Positions 63,792-64,000 of a stretch of DNA of 64,000 nt are shown one piece after another. The first letter of the stretch is position 1, and every line of letters begins with the position of its first letter. Origin of the DNA: Candidatus Babeliales bacterium. GTDB taxonomy: Bacteria > Babelota > Babeliae > Babelales > JABCYS01. The notes under the pieces were generated by a model that saw nothing but the letters and a program-made list of their open reading frames with translations, was not told the DNA's origin and searched no databases. The stretch is taken from NCBI GenBank assembly GCA_016929235.1, contig JAFGJD010000004.1, positions 171,164 to 235,163 of the forward strand, in the 5' to 3' direction. Made by a program: the position numbers and the translations under genes.

Positions 63792-64000
63792 GAAGCCTCC
63801 CCACAGTTTGATATTGTAATAGTGTATAGATGTTCGGCATGTGAAGGGAAGATTTTTTGTGACACGTAAGATGATTAGAGCTGCTGGGGCAGTAATGATT
63901 GTGCGCGATGTGCAAAGAGTTTCGTTCTGCGATAATCATTCCCGGTTAATAGTGAAAATTGATCGAAGAATGAACTAATATGAGCGGGTGTTAGTAAGTG

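Noticed and set aside
1-64000. Search for CRISPR arrays, transposases/IS ends, integrases, prophage genes, rRNA and classical defence genes (restriction-modification, Cas, Abi, toxin-antitoxin pairs)
   Set aside because: I found no regularly spaced direct repeats and no ORF with transposase, integrase, Cas or restriction-enzyme motifs. The only candidate antitoxin-like fold (AbrB at 31619-32212) has no partner gene.

Overview
This is a densely coding, AT-rich bacterial chromosomal segment (by eye about 40% GC, not computed) from a diderm organism. I call about 70 CDS and 2 tRNA genes, with genes on both strands and many 1-8 nt stop/start overlaps. I saw no rRNA, CRISPR array, transposase or integrase.

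Recognisable housekeeping genes:
- Translation and RNA: valS, tyrS, hisS, ybeY, rlmB, an RluD-like pseudouridine synthase, prmC, tRNA-Lys(UUU), tRNA-Glu(UUC).
- Cell division: ftsQ-like, ftsA, ftsZ, pgeF.
- Other core functions: secA, mutL, mgtE, cdsA, speE, a deoxynucleoside kinase, an ABC-2 exporter pair.
- Envelope biogenesis: a BamD-like lipoprotein, a TamB-like protein, an MCE/MlaD-domain protein, two predicted beta-barrel OMPs.

The most notable content is a type II secretion / type IV pilus-like machinery dispersed over three loci:
- gspF-G-H-I-J-K at 3976-8521.
- gspE plus an extra pseudopilin at 45163-47374.
- PilM/PilN-like genes at 61557-62903.

No secretin is present in the window. 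Two of the three loci run, with tight or overlapping junctions, into genes of lipid-transport/bridge families: an orphan MCE protein and a TamB/AsmA-like protein.

Other points worth a second look:
- Two in-frame G9 homopolymer tracts in envelope or secreted protein genes.
- Two apparent pseudoenzymes: an M50 site-2 protease homologue without HExxH, and an NlpC/P60 homologue without Cys/His.
- An Hsp20 with a signal-peptide-like N-terminus.
- An eight-gene operon of orphan secreted proteins headed by an OMP.

The abundance of orphan secreted proteins, the nucleoside-salvage kinase and the secreted hydrolases suggest a host-associated lineage, possibly Dependentiae/TM6-like. That taxonomic idea is pure inference. 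All functional calls rest on motifs I recognise in the supplied translations; no database search was run.
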